Virus record (IMG/VR): IMGVR_UViG_3300037501_000232
Span: 1 to 31,779 of that record
Source of the DNA: a virus
Taxonomy: Duplodnaviria > Caudoviricetes
Direction: 5' to 3' (one strand)
Length of the DNA stretch: 31,779 nt
Each line of letters opens with the position of its first letter. The first letter of the stretch is position 1. Position numbers and translations under genes: made by a program. Below the pieces are notes generated by a model, which was not told where the DNA came from, searched no databases, and saw only the letters and a list, made by a program, of their open reading frames with translations. Below, piece after piece: positions 17,701 to 26,531 of the stretch.

Positions 17701-18009
17701 CTACTCGTCGCTTTTGAACTTCGCTTCCGTGAACTTCCTGCCGAAGTACAGCGTCAAGATCGGGATGAAGTACGCGCTGCAGGCCGCGACGTCGAATGGG
17801 CGGATCGACACCGGCCCGACCTTCTCGACGATCGACATCAGGTACGCCACCGTCGTCACCCAGAAGGCGACCGTGGTGAACGTCACCGTCACCGACCCGT
17901 AGCCCTTCGAGTCCTTGATCCAGAGCCAGGAATCGTGCACCTTCTCGGGCTCGGCGAGCGTCGCCTCGCAGTCGGGACAGCACTCACACTTCTTCGCTTC
18001 ATCGGCCAT
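17701..18009 (-). CDS. small two-TM membrane protein, holin candidate
   Basis: Two hydrophobic segments, charged C-terminus YFGRKFTE; late box upstream. Confidence 0.5.
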   Translation of the reverse strand: MADEAKKCECCPDCEATLAEPEKVHDSWLWIKDSKGYGSVTVTFTTVAFWVTTVAYLMSIVEKVGPVSIRPFDVAACSAYFIPILTLYFGRKFTEAKFKSDE

Positions 18010-18024
18010 GAGACACCTCTGGTC

Positions 18025-18030
18025 TAAATA
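18025..18030 (-). promoter_or_regulatory. putative late promoter box TATTTA
   Basis: CCTATTTAG followed by GAGG RBS and ATG 18009. Confidence 0.6.
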
Positions 18031-18065
18031 GGCCGCACGGCGAGACTGGTGTACGATTCTATGTC

Positions 18066-18437
18066 ATGCCAATGGCCACGAGAATTTACACACGTGAATG
18101 CGAGTCCTATCATGTTCCATTCAACTCTAAAAGTAATAAGAAGCGTTGCTATGAATGTGTTTCACAAGGTTCAGGCAGCGCCAAGCAACGGTGGGCCAAG
18201 TATGGAATTACGTACCCTCAATACATCACAATTTTGACCAGACAGAAACATCGTTGTGCCATTTGCAACGTTAACTTGCAGCAATTGAATCCACGTAAAG
18301 TACACGTTGATCATGATCACACCACGGGCCATATCCGTGGCATCGTATGTGTAGGATGCAACCGTGGTCTAGGATTTCTTGATAACGAAAAGTGGATGAC
18401 TAACGCCAGGCGCTACATCACTTCTGCGCTTGATTAA
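18066..18437 (+). mobile_element. endonuclease VII-like (His-Me) homing endonuclease
   Basis: KYGIT...Q..RCAIC...VDHDHTTGHIRGIVCVGCNRGLG; low GC, antisense. Confidence 0.9.
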
Positions 18438-18957
18438 CAACATAGACCGTCAAGACGGTGAGGCCAGCACCCACCACGAAGCCCAGGCCGGTGCCCAAAC
18501 CCACCCACAGCGAGGTGTTGGGCCTGTTCTCCTCGTGCTGCTTGATGACGCCGTTGAGGATGTTGATCTGCTTGTCGCGGGAGTCCACCTGCGCCTGCAG
18601 AACCTTCTTGTCAGCCTCCAGGTGCGTCCTGGTCTCGGCGACCTGGAAGTCGCACTTGGCCTTCTCCTCGGCACGGGCGTGGTCGACCTCGATCTTGATC
18701 TGTTCCTGCAGCGTGTTGAGCTGGGCAACGATCGTCGCCGTCGCCTTGGGCGACAGCAGGATGCCGGTAAAGGGGGCAACCTGGCCCTTCTTCATGGGGG
18801 AGATGGCGGCGCCGACGTCGGGCTCGCCCGGCGCCGGCTTGGGCGCCTCGGGCAGGGTCACTGTCCCGACGGGAGGCGGGTCCTGTGCGTAAACGGGCGC
18901 AGCGACGACGAGCTGCGCGCCGATGAGGAGCGATGCGATCAGCTTCTTGGGGTTCAT
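18418..18957 (-). CDS. exported coiled-coil membrane protein, spanin-like candidate
   Basis: Signal peptide (VYA/Q), Pro-rich linker, coiled coil, C-terminal Gly-rich TM; TAGTAT -10 box 6 nt upstream. Confidence 0.55.
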   Translation of the reverse strand: MNPKKLIASLLIGAQLVVAAPVYAQDPPPVGTVTLPEAPKPAPGEPDVGAAISPMKKGQVAPFTGILLSPKATATIVAQLNTLQEQIKIEVDHARAEEKAKCDFQVAETRTHLEADKKVLQAQVDSRDKQINILNGVIKQHEENRPNTSLWVGLGTGLGFVVGAGLTVLTVYVVNQAQK

Positions 18958-19020
18958 GACCCCATACTACACCGTCTCAGGACGGGAGGACGATCGTGAA
19001 GTAGAGTGATGGTGAACACC

Positions 19021-19611
19021 ATGTACCACATCTACGTCATTCAGAACACGATCACCCTCAAGTTGTACGTCGGTCTGACCAAGAATCCACAACGTCGTTG
19101 GAAAGGTCACAGGACGAACGCCAACGTTGGTCGCAAGAAGAACCGCCTCTATGACGCCATGCGGTCATACGGCAATGACGCCTTTACTTTCACAATCATT
19201 GAAGACCATGACACGCCTGAGGCGTGCGCTGAGGCTGAGTGTTTCTGGATTGCCTTCTTCAGGAGTTGGGATCCGGCGTTCGGTTACAATCTGAACCACG
19301 GCGGGACGCTCGGACTTCCCACTGAAGAAACGCGACGTAAGATGTCAGAGTCCGCCAGGCGTCGTGGTGCGAACAACAAGGGGAAGAAGTTCTCTGAAGA
19401 AGCGCGCGGCAACATGAAGCTCGCTCAGAACAATCGGAGCGAGGTGTGGCAAGAAAACTTGCGTTCAGCACTTCAACAACGTGATGAATCTTGGCGCCAA
19501 AATGTGGGTCGGGCGCCCAAATCACCCGAGTGGAAAAGAAAACTTAGTGAGTCAGTGCGCGCCGCTTACGCAAGAAAGAAGGCGATGACTACGGATTCGG
19601 CAACACAATGA
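19021..19611 (+). mobile_element. GIY-YIG homing endonuclease with NUMOD3-like tail
   Basis: HIYVIQN...KLYVGLT..R, E, GYNLNHGG, TEETRRKMSES; antisense; start may be 19009 or 19021. Confidence 0.9.
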
Positions 19612-19984
19612 CGAAGCCCGTGGCTTCCGACAGCTTCTTGGCGAGTTCATCGGGATCGTCCTTGTACTTCTTGACGAGGTCCTCGATCTGAGCCTTCTTC
19701 TTGGCATCGAGATCCTTCCTGGCCTCGTCGTAGTGCTTCTGAACCGCGGCAAGCGTGTCCTGCAGCTTCTTGACGTTGGCCTCGTGCTGGCGCTGTTCCT
19801 CGGCGCGTGCGTCCTGGATCCTCTTCAGCTCCTCGTCGTGCGCGTCCTTGATCTTCTTGTACTCATCGGCGAACGAGATTTCCCGCTGCCGGAACACGAA
19901 GAAGGCGGCGATGCCGCCGACGACCAACAAGGCCAGCGACCAGTACTTCTTGACGTATGCCCAGATGGTTGCGAGTGCGGTCAT
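19589..19984 (-). CDS. N-terminal TM plus coiled-coil protein, i-spanin-like candidate
   Basis: Single N-terminal TM followed by a long charged helix. Confidence 0.55.
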   Translation of the reverse strand: MTALATIWAYVKKYWSLALLVVGGIAAFFVFRQREISFADEYKKIKDAHDEELKRIQDARAEEQRQHEANVKKLQDTLAAVQKHYDEARKDLDAKKKAQIEDLVKKYKDDPDELAKKLSEATGFVIVLPNP

Positions 19985-19987
19985 GGG

Positions 19988-20254
19988 TCAGTTCGGCTTG
20001 GCCGGCTCCTTGTTCTTGGCATCGGGCATCCGCATGTCCAGCGAGTTCGACTTGATGGCCTTCATTACCAGGCCCTGACGGGCGTACAGCTCCTGCAGGG
20101 CAACGTGGTGGGCCTGGACGGTGTGTGCCAGGGTCATGACGGCGACGCCCATGTTGTGGACCTCGGTGGCGAGCGACTCCATGGCGTGAACGGCCTTTAA
20201 CAGGAGGGGAGATTTTTCCAGCGTCTTCTCGACCAATTTTTCGAAAACGTTCAC
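19988..20254 (-). CDS. hypothetical protein (88 aa)
   Basis: GTGA-coupled ORF. Confidence 0.7.
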   Translation of the reverse strand: MNVFEKLVEKTLEKSPLLLKAVHAMESLATEVHNMGVAVMTLAHTVQAHHVALQELYARQGLVMKAIKSNSLDMRMPDAKNKEPAKPN

Positions 20255-20550
20255 GGTGTGGGTCCCTCTTCGATCAGATCATACAACGCGTCGTGGTCAA
20301 GTTCATTGACGCTGCGGGTGTGCTGCCTCTTGGGCTTGCCCTCGATGGCCTCCTTCACCTTCCGCATGACCAACTGCTCGACGATCCTCTGGGCCCGGGA
20401 GTCGTCGCTGGCAATCAGCTTGGCGAACTCATCAAAGACCTCCTGCATCGACAGGTTGTGCTGGAACAGCCTCGCGCGCAGGGCGGCATGGACGTCCTTG
20501 TCGAGCTTGACGTGGACGCACTTGCGGTCCTGCAGCAGGTCGGTCCGCAT
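20251..20550 (-). CDS. ribbon-helix-helix-like DNA-binding protein
   Basis: Start ATG 20550; KCVHVKLDKDVHAALRARL....SMQEVFDEF beta-alpha-alpha pattern. Confidence 0.55.
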   Translation of the reverse strand: MRTDLLQDRKCVHVKLDKDVHAALRARLFQHNLSMQEVFDEFAKLIASDDSRAQRIVEQLVMRKVKEAIEGKPKRQHTRSVNELDHDALYDLIEEGPTP

Positions 20551-20551
20551 G

Positions 20552-21094
20552 TCAGGCCGGCGTCCCCCCGGCGCCCCCCTCTCCGGCGCGGTCAGCGCCC
20601 GGTGCCGGGAAGTCCTCGGCCTCCACGTCCTCCTCGGCCTTGCCGGCGACGATGCCGTGGTCATCGCGTAGCACCTGTTCGAAGGCCTCGACGACGTCAG
20701 GGGCGTAGTTCTTGCCCAGGAAGTTCTTGGCGCGGCGTGCCAGGGTGCTGCGGACCTCGAGCAGGCTGTCGTAGTTGTCGATGAGCCTGACGACGCCGTT
20801 GACGAACGACTCGATGTCAATGTCCTCGAGAGTCAGCTTGGCGGGCGGTTCGGCCTCGTCGCCCCCCTCCTCGTCTTCCTCGGCCTCGCTCAGGATCCGC
20901 CGCGTCAACATCCGAAAATCGCGGCCCTCCGTCTTGGAGGACTTTGCCTCGCCCTCGTACTGCGCCAGGTAACGATCGACCTGCGCGTCGAGCGAGTCGT
21001 CGGTCTCCTTGGGCAGCGCGTTCTCGCCCTCCTCGCGGAGCAGCCGCTCGCGGAGCAGGCGCTTCAGGTCGCCCAGGCGGATCATGCGCTTCAC
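20552..21094 (-). CDS. acidic hypothetical protein, probable virion/internal protein
   Basis: LKRLLRERLLREE leader, internal RRILSEAE. Confidence 0.75.
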   Translation of the reverse strand: MKRMIRLGDLKRLLRERLLREEGENALPKETDDSLDAQVDRYLAQYEGEAKSSKTEGRDFRMLTRRILSEAEEDEEGGDEAEPPAKLTLEDIDIESFVNGVVRLIDNYDSLLEVRSTLARRAKNFLGKNYAPDVVEAFEQVLRDDHGIVAGKAEEDVEAEDFPAPGADRAGEGGAGGTPA

Positions 21095-21816
21095 TTCAAC
21101 ACCTCGTGCAGGGCCTCAGCCTTGAGAAACCGCTCTTCGATGACGTTCCAGTTGAACTCTCGCATCTGGGCGACCAGGTAGCTGCGCTTGTCAGTCAGGT
21201 AGTCGCGGTGGTAGGAGTGCTCGTGCATGTCGACAACGATGAGCGGGTACAGGCCCAACATCACGTCCTGGCTGTGATTGCTGACGACGGTGTTGACGTA
21301 CCGGCGCAGGAACATGTTGTAGCCACACACTGCCCAACCGTTGCCTGCTGACAGCGCGCACGCCATGAAGTCCTTCTGCCAGTCCTCGAAGGTGCCGAAG
21401 TCGCGCTCGAGCCTCATGTACGCCTTGGAGTCCATGTAGACCTCCGAGTGTGGGTCGAAGCAGTTGGCAAAGTACAGCTCGTGCAGCCAGACGGAGTTGA
21501 GGTTGTACGCCTCATCGAGCTTCAGCGACCTGAAGTCCGAGTGCCTCGAGTCGGCAGACGACCGCTCGGCGGTGTCCAATTCGGTCGATACCGCGTTGAG
21601 CGTCTCGACGTACTTCTTGTAGAGCTCGGTGTGGGCGTCCTTGGTCTTCTGCGACACCAACTCGCTGACCTGCTTGTAGGGCTTGGGCTCGGCCACGTAG
21701 GATTCGTCGAGCTTGCCCCTCACCGCGGCGACGACGGGGTGCTTGTGGATGCTGGCCTTGACGATGCCGTCGAGGTCGACGCCTGCCAGTGAGTTCTTCT
21801 TGTCACTTGATGTCAT
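21091..21816 (-). CDS. Fe/Mn superoxide dismutase-like protein with N-terminal extension
   Basis: AHTELY, LHELYFAN, GNGW, PLIVVDMHEHSYHRDY; start ATG 21816 with GAGGAG RBS. Confidence 0.88.
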   Translation of the reverse strand: MTSSDKKNSLAGVDLDGIVKASIHKHPVVAAVRGKLDESYVAEPKPYKQVSELVSQKTKDAHTELYKKYVETLNAVSTELDTAERSSADSRHSDFRSLKLDEAYNLNSVWLHELYFANCFDPHSEVYMDSKAYMRLERDFGTFEDWQKDFMACALSAGNGWAVCGYNMFLRRYVNTVVSNHSQDVMLGLYPLIVVDMHEHSYHRDYLTDKRSYLVAQMREFNWNVIEERFLKAEALHEVLK

Positions 21817-22675
21817 CTGGTAGCTCTCCTCGGGCGAACTGCCGATCGGTAATCCTAAGTAGGCGCCTGTCTGTGCTCCTGAACCACTCGTCCTGTTCCC
21901 TATCAATCTGGAACTTGCGGAGGATGGTTCGGTCGCGGGGCGTCTTGAATTGGGCAATCTCTTCGATGGGCCTATCGAGGCCATGCCAATATGCGCCGTC
22001 GAGCTGAACGTAGGCGTCAATGTCAACAACGTAGAAATCGATGGGCCACTGATTCACCACGACCTGTCGTTCAACGTGTTGGAACCTGGCGACGAGATAT
22101 TGATACAGCGCTTCCTCAGGTTTCGATGTGAAGTACGTCCCGTTCGCCTTCATCGTCAGGTGACGCTGCCGGCACTTTTCAGGCGTGTTTGCAAGAGCAT
22201 GGATTTCAGGAAGAGCCAGAACAGACTCAACTCCAAACCGTTCCTTGATAGTTGCTCTCCTCTTGGCGATTGCCTCTGGAGTTGTTGCAGCGCTCAAGCA
22301 GGCATTACGTACATGTGGAAGTTGCGTTGCTGAATTGACACCGTAACGTTCCATTACGGTTTGACGGGCCTTTCGACCTCGTGCTTTCTTTTCTTCGGGC
22401 GTCAACGCGTCTTGTGCTCGCTGCGCAATTTGAGAGGCCCAATCAATACCAAACTTACGCTGCATGGTGGCTTCCATGACAGGTCGAAGAACGCCATTAC
22501 GACTACGTGCAGCTTGTGAACACTTTCGTGAACAGAAGTGATATGTTAGCTCCGCCTTTTTTTGGGCGAACTTATACTCAAAATCATTGTAGCACTGATC
22601 GCACCTCAGTTGCAAGAACCGTGGCACGACGCCATTACGATTGGTGGCAACGCCAGACCTCACGCCAAGCAGCAT
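21803..22675 (-). mobile_element. putative homing endonuclease, Vsr/DUF559-like C-terminal domain
   Basis: Zn-finger (CDQC..FCSRKC), KFGID/RYGVN/RFGVE repeats, SKPE..IDFY..QLDGAYWH..LLRI; low GC. Confidence 0.8.
21856..21861 (-). promoter_or_regulatory. putative late promoter box TACTTA
   Basis: CCTACTTAG inside the endonuclease 3' end, upstream of the SOD RBS. Confidence 0.5.
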
Positions 22676-22680
22676 AGTAA

Positions 22681-22686
22681 TACCTA
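22681..22686 (-). promoter_or_regulatory. putative late promoter box variant TAGGTA
   Basis: AGATAGGTA, 5 nt before ATG 22675. Confidence 0.5.
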
Positions 22687-22704
22687 TCTGCTTTCAAGCG
22701 TTTT

Positions 22705-22986
22705 CTAGTCCAATTCGTAATTTTGCTCCAATTCGGCACCGTCGACCAGAAACTTTTCACCTTCCGGCGTCCTGAGGATGATGTCCCGAGGTCCCACCGA
22801 ATCGACGGTGTAACGGATGCCCGCCTTCTTGTGCATCACCTTGAGCTCGGGCGATAGGATGGGCTTCTCGCCGTCCTTCGTCTTCGCGTTCATGGTGATG
22901 TCAACGGTCTCTGCGAGAGCCTGGAGCTTCTTGTTCCATTCCTCTCGCATGACCCGAATGACATCGGCCTCCGTCAAGTTTCTCAT
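22705..22986 (-). CDS. hypothetical protein (93 aa)
   Basis: LTEADVIRVMREE leader; TACTTA box at 23000-23005; AT-rich last ~20 codons. Confidence 0.75.
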   Translation of the reverse strand: MRNLTEADVIRVMREEWNKKLQALAETVDITMNAKTKDGEKPILSPELKVMHKKAGIRYTVDSVGPRDIILRTPEGEKFLVDGAELEQNYELD

Positions 22987-23540
22987 CGCGCCTTGGCCTT
23001 AAGTATGGCCTCCTCGACGCTTAGCACCTCAATCCCGACCGATCGAAGGAGGTCGATCCCCGACGTGTCGCGGTAGGGGACCTGGAAGACGACCCGAGCG
23101 ATCTCGGCGTTGATGATCAGCTTCGAGCAGTCGCGGCACGGGCTGTGAGTGACGTACATGTGCTTCTTCTTGGCGAAGTTGTAGTCGCACTTGACCAAGG
23201 CGTTGATCTCGGCGTGGATGAAGCCGCTCTTGCCCGGCTCGGGCGACTCGTGTACGTGTGGGCCGCCCTTGTAGTTGCCGTTGTAGCCCACCGACAGCAT
23301 CTGGGTGTTATCGTCTGACACGATGATGGCGCCCACCTGGAGCCTGGGATCGTACGACCGCGCCGCCATCGTCCAGGCAACCTGCATCCACGTTTCGGGC
23401 CACGACGGTCGTTTGCCGTCGTTCACGGAGCCTTGCGCGAGCTCCCACCCGAACCTGACCTGCTCGAGCGCGTCCTCGCCGTACTGGTAGCCCTTCTTCA
23501 CCATCTCGGCCCAGGCTTCTTCGAACGTCGTCCTCTTCAT
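22983..23540 (-). CDS. dCMP deaminase
   Basis: RPSW..WM, QVGAII, GYNG, HAEINA, THSPCRDC; start ATG 23540 (ATGA overlap), ~40-aa N-terminal extension. Confidence 0.92.
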   Translation of the reverse strand: MKRTTFEEAWAEMVKKGYQYGEDALEQVRFGWELAQGSVNDGKRPSWPETWMQVAWTMAARSYDPRLQVGAIIVSDDNTQMLSVGYNGNYKGGPHVHESPEPGKSGFIHAEINALVKCDYNFAKKKHMYVTHSPCRDCSKLIINAEIARVVFQVPYRDTSGIDLLRSVGIEVLSVEEAILKAKAR

Positions 23541-24097
23541 GCGGCCCTTTTTAGCATCAGCTCGTGGAGTCGTGAGATGTACCTGACCCTGGCGTACTCG
23601 GGCGCCCAGGGCTTGATGTGGAAGTCGTACGGCTCGGCCTCCGTCGTCCACCCGCGGCCCTCCGTCATTGTCAGGTCGCGGGCCTCAGTTGCCAGTATCC
23701 GCTTGTCGACCAATTTTACTGAGGGCGGCTCGTCGCGGCTGAGCTTGAACACGTCGCAGATCACCTCCATCAATTTGGCCTCAGCCTCGCGGTAGAAGGC
23801 GAACTCCGGGCACTTCTTCAACGGCGACGGCACGTCGACGAGGTAGGCCTCGCTGGCATCGTGCAACAGGCCCCACAGTGCGTCCTCCTCCGGACACATC
23901 AACGACACCAACACGCAGTGTTGGGCCACGCTGTAAAAGCTGGAACAGTGACCGGCGAACCTCGACAGCAACGACAGCGCGTGGATGATGTCGTTGATGT
24001 CAATGTCTTCGGGACGGGGGTCGAGCGGGTAGAACCGCTTGCCCGTGTAGGTGCAGATCCACCCGCCCCTACGCTCAGTCGTCGCTGTCTCGATCAT
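23537..24097 (-). CDS. HD-domain 5'-deoxynucleotidase (YfbR/YfdR-like)
   Basis: TYTGKRF, RFAGH, YSVAQH, LLHDASEAYLVDVPSPLK, D..LATE. Confidence 0.9.
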   Translation of the reverse strand: MIETATTERRGGWICTYTGKRFYPLDPRPEDIDINDIIHALSLLSRFAGHCSSFYSVAQHCVLVSLMCPEEDALWGLLHDASEAYLVDVPSPLKKCPEFAFYREAEAKLMEVICDVFKLSRDEPPSVKLVDKRILATEARDLTMTEGRGWTTEAEPYDFHIKPWAPEYARVRYISRLHELMLKRAA

Positions 24098-25304
24098 TCA
24101 GTTCCTCCAGCGACCGGAGCGACAACCGAGGTCGGTCGTCCAGCAGCCTTTGGAACTCTATCGTCTCTAGCCGTTCGAGTTCACGCCCAAGCTCGGCCCC
24201 CGACAGGCCGCGCTTCAGCAGCGCGTCGCCCGTCACCGTCAGTTCATAGTTGATGAATGCCCTGAGCAGGTTGAGGTCGGGCATACCACGCTCGCCACAG
24301 TACTCGACCAGCACGTCGTCGTCCATGCGGAGGCCGTTGAACTGGCGGCGCAGCCTGTAGGCATTTTCGAGCCCGAGGTCGCGGAATCGCATCAGGAACG
24401 TGACCTGGGCGACTTCCTGTGCCGTGTACTTCAGTTCGTTGAGACGACGCGCCACCGTAGGCACCGGGTTGCCGTCGAGCAGCACCGCCAATACCACGGG
24501 CAGCACCCGCGATTCAATGCCCGAGCTCGACACCATGACGTCGGGCGACATGGCGACGCTGAGGCCAGGGAAGACTCGGCCCCACATCCCGAATTCATCG
24601 AGCAGCTTCAGGAAGTGCCTGACGAACCTCGATGACGCCACGCCCTTGATGAACTCATCGCGGATGCGCTCACCTGACACGCCGTCGAGATTGTTGTCCT
24701 CGGTAATGGCGATCACCGTCTCAGCCTCCAGTGGCCAGTGGAACCGCGCGGCGAAGCGCAGCGCACGGAGCACCCGTAGTCGGTCCTCGCGGAACCTGTC
24801 GACGGGATTGCCTATTGTCCTGATAATGCGGACTTCGATGTCGGCGAGGCCGCCGACCAGGTCGACCACCTCGCCCTGGGCGATGTCGTAGAACAGCGCG
24901 TTGACCGTCAGGTCACGTCGCTTGACGTCCTCTTCGATCGTCGTGAAGACGACGGCCTCGGGCCTGCGACCCTCGCCGACGTCAGTCCTGAACGTGGCAA
25001 TTTCGTACTCGTGGTCGCCTGGCGACAGCTCAAGGAGGCCGAACGCCTCGTGCCGCGCACGTACGACACCGAACGCCTTGCCGACCTCGATGACCTGCCA
25101 CCCCTCGATGGGCCGCAGCAGCTCGATCACCTGGTCGGGAGTCGCATCCGTCGCCACGTCGTAGTCCTTGGGCACCTGGCCCATCAGCGCATCGCGCACG
25201 GCGCCGCCGACGACGTAGAGCCGAAAGCCCGCCCGATCGAAGGCGGATGACAGGTCGCGCAGGTCCTGCGGCAGGACCATGTCGAGGTGGCGTCGGACTT
25301 CCAT
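24075..25304 (-). CDS. cca: CCA-adding tRNA nucleotidyltransferase / poly(A) polymerase family
   Basis: VGGAVRD, KDYDVAT, EIATFR, RRDLTVNA, FREDRLRVLRALRF; TAGGAT -10 box (25311-25316) 6 nt upstream. Confidence 0.9.
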   Translation of the reverse strand: MEVRRHLDMVLPQDLRDLSSAFDRAGFRLYVVGGAVRDALMGQVPKDYDVATDATPDQVIELLRPIEGWQVIEVGKAFGVVRARHEAFGLLELSPGDHEYEIATFRTDVGEGRRPEAVVFTTIEEDVKRRDLTVNALFYDIAQGEVVDLVGGLADIEVRIIRTIGNPVDRFREDRLRVLRALRFAARFHWPLEAETVIAITEDNNLDGVSGERIRDEFIKGVASSRFVRHFLKLLDEFGMWGRVFPGLSVAMSPDVMVSSSGIESRVLPVVLAVLLDGNPVPTVARRLNELKYTAQEVAQVTFLMRFRDLGLENAYRLRRQFNGLRMDDDVLVEYCGERGMPDLNLLRAFINYELTVTGDALLKRGLSGAELGRELERLETIEFQRLLDDRPRLSLRSLEELNDRDSDD

Positions 25305-25341
25305 CCAGCCATCCTACTATAGCGGCTCGAGGCTTACATTG

Positions 25342-25935
25342 TCACTCGTTGTGAATCTTTTCACGCCTGTCGACGGCGAAGTGGTGCTGGAAGCAGCGGG
25401 GCTCGTAGAGCTCGGCGCCTCCCACCTGGATCTCGCCCCTGTCATCGTCGACGTGCTTCTTGTGGGTGTAGTATGCATCGCGCCCGCAGATGGTGCACAC
25501 CGCGGCGCACTTTTCGACGTGGGTCGCCCACGCCAGCAGCTTCTCCACCTCATGGAACGGCTTGCCCGTCGCCGAGACGTCGAGGGTCGACACCACGATG
25601 CTGATGCCGTTGCGGTACAGCCACACCAGCACTTCGGCGATGTTGGCGATCATGAAGGCTTCATCGACGGCGACGACGTCGGGTTCCTCGTCCATCTGCG
25701 CCAACACCTCGAGGATGTCGGCTCCCGTCTTCACCGTCTTCGCAGGGACCGTCCAGCCGCTGTGGGACACCACCTCGCCCGGGCTGTAACGGTCGTCGAG
25801 CGACGGCTTGAACACCGCGACCCGCTTGCGCTGGTACTTGAAGCGCTCGAGCGCCGACAACAGCTTCGTCGTCTTGGACGAGAACATCGGTCCCACGTAG
25901 ACCGAGAACGTCGGGTTACCCAACATCAGACCCAT
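25342..25935 (-). CDS. tdk: thymidine kinase
   Basis: GPMFSSKTT, FKPSLDDRY, VDEA, CTICG, VGGAELYEPRC. Confidence 0.95.
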   Translation of the reverse strand: MGLMLGNPTFSVYVGPMFSSKTTKLLSALERFKYQRKRVAVFKPSLDDRYSPGEVVSHSGWTVPAKTVKTGADILEVLAQMDEEPDVVAVDEAFMIANIAEVLVWLYRNGISIVVSTLDVSATGKPFHEVEKLLAWATHVEKCAAVCTICGRDAYYTHKKHVDDDRGEIQVGGAELYEPRCFQHHFAVDRREKIHNE

Positions 25936-25964
25936 GACCTCCTCCGACGAATGTAACCCACCTG

Positions 25965-26531
25965 TCAGTGGACGACGGGCAACTGCAACACGAGGAACGG
26001 CCCTCGCACCCCGGCGCTGTATTCCGCCGCCGCCGTCAGGGCGAGCTCGATCCGGTTGGGCGCCGCCAGGCCTGAATTGCGGGTGGCGAACATCGCGCCC
26101 AGGGCGATCTGGGCGCCGCAGCCCACTGCCGCGTAGTTCTCGATCGGACGACCCACCTGAAAGTCAGACTCGACAACGTAGAGGCGTCCCTTGTAGCCGA
26201 CCAGGAACGCCGCATCGTGTTCCTCGAGCTCGTTCTCCTTCTTCATCGAGCCCTTGTCCTTTTGCATCGCCCGGACGGCGTCGATGAAGTCGGTGACCAT
26301 GTAGGCCATGTCATCCTTCTTCTGCGACTGCTCGGGAGGCGACAGCGCGTAGCGCAGCAGTTGGCCGATGCGGAACGACCCGCAGAAGCCCATGATGAAC
26401 TCGCCGCTCTCGGTGACGAACACCTTCTCGTCGGCGCGGCCGCAGATGGCGAGGCTGTACGCCTCGACCCCGGCACTGTCGCCGCCGATGTAGACGATTC
26501 CGTCCTGTTCCAGGCCCACGATGCAGGTCAC
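25965..26531 (-). CDS. Ntn-hydrolase, HslV/proteasome beta-like protease (copy 2)
   Basis: M-T-CIVG, GGDS, KVF, GFCGS, AVGCGA..ALGAM. Confidence 0.8.
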   Translation of the reverse strand: MTCIVGLEQDGIVYIGGDSAGVEAYSLAICGRADEKVFVTESGEFIMGFCGSFRIGQLLRYALSPPEQSQKKDDMAYMVTDFIDAVRAMQKDKGSMKKENELEEHDAAFLVGYKGRLYVVESDFQVGRPIENYAAVGCGAQIALGAMFATRNSGLAAPNRIELALTAAAEYSAGVRGPFLVLQLPVVH

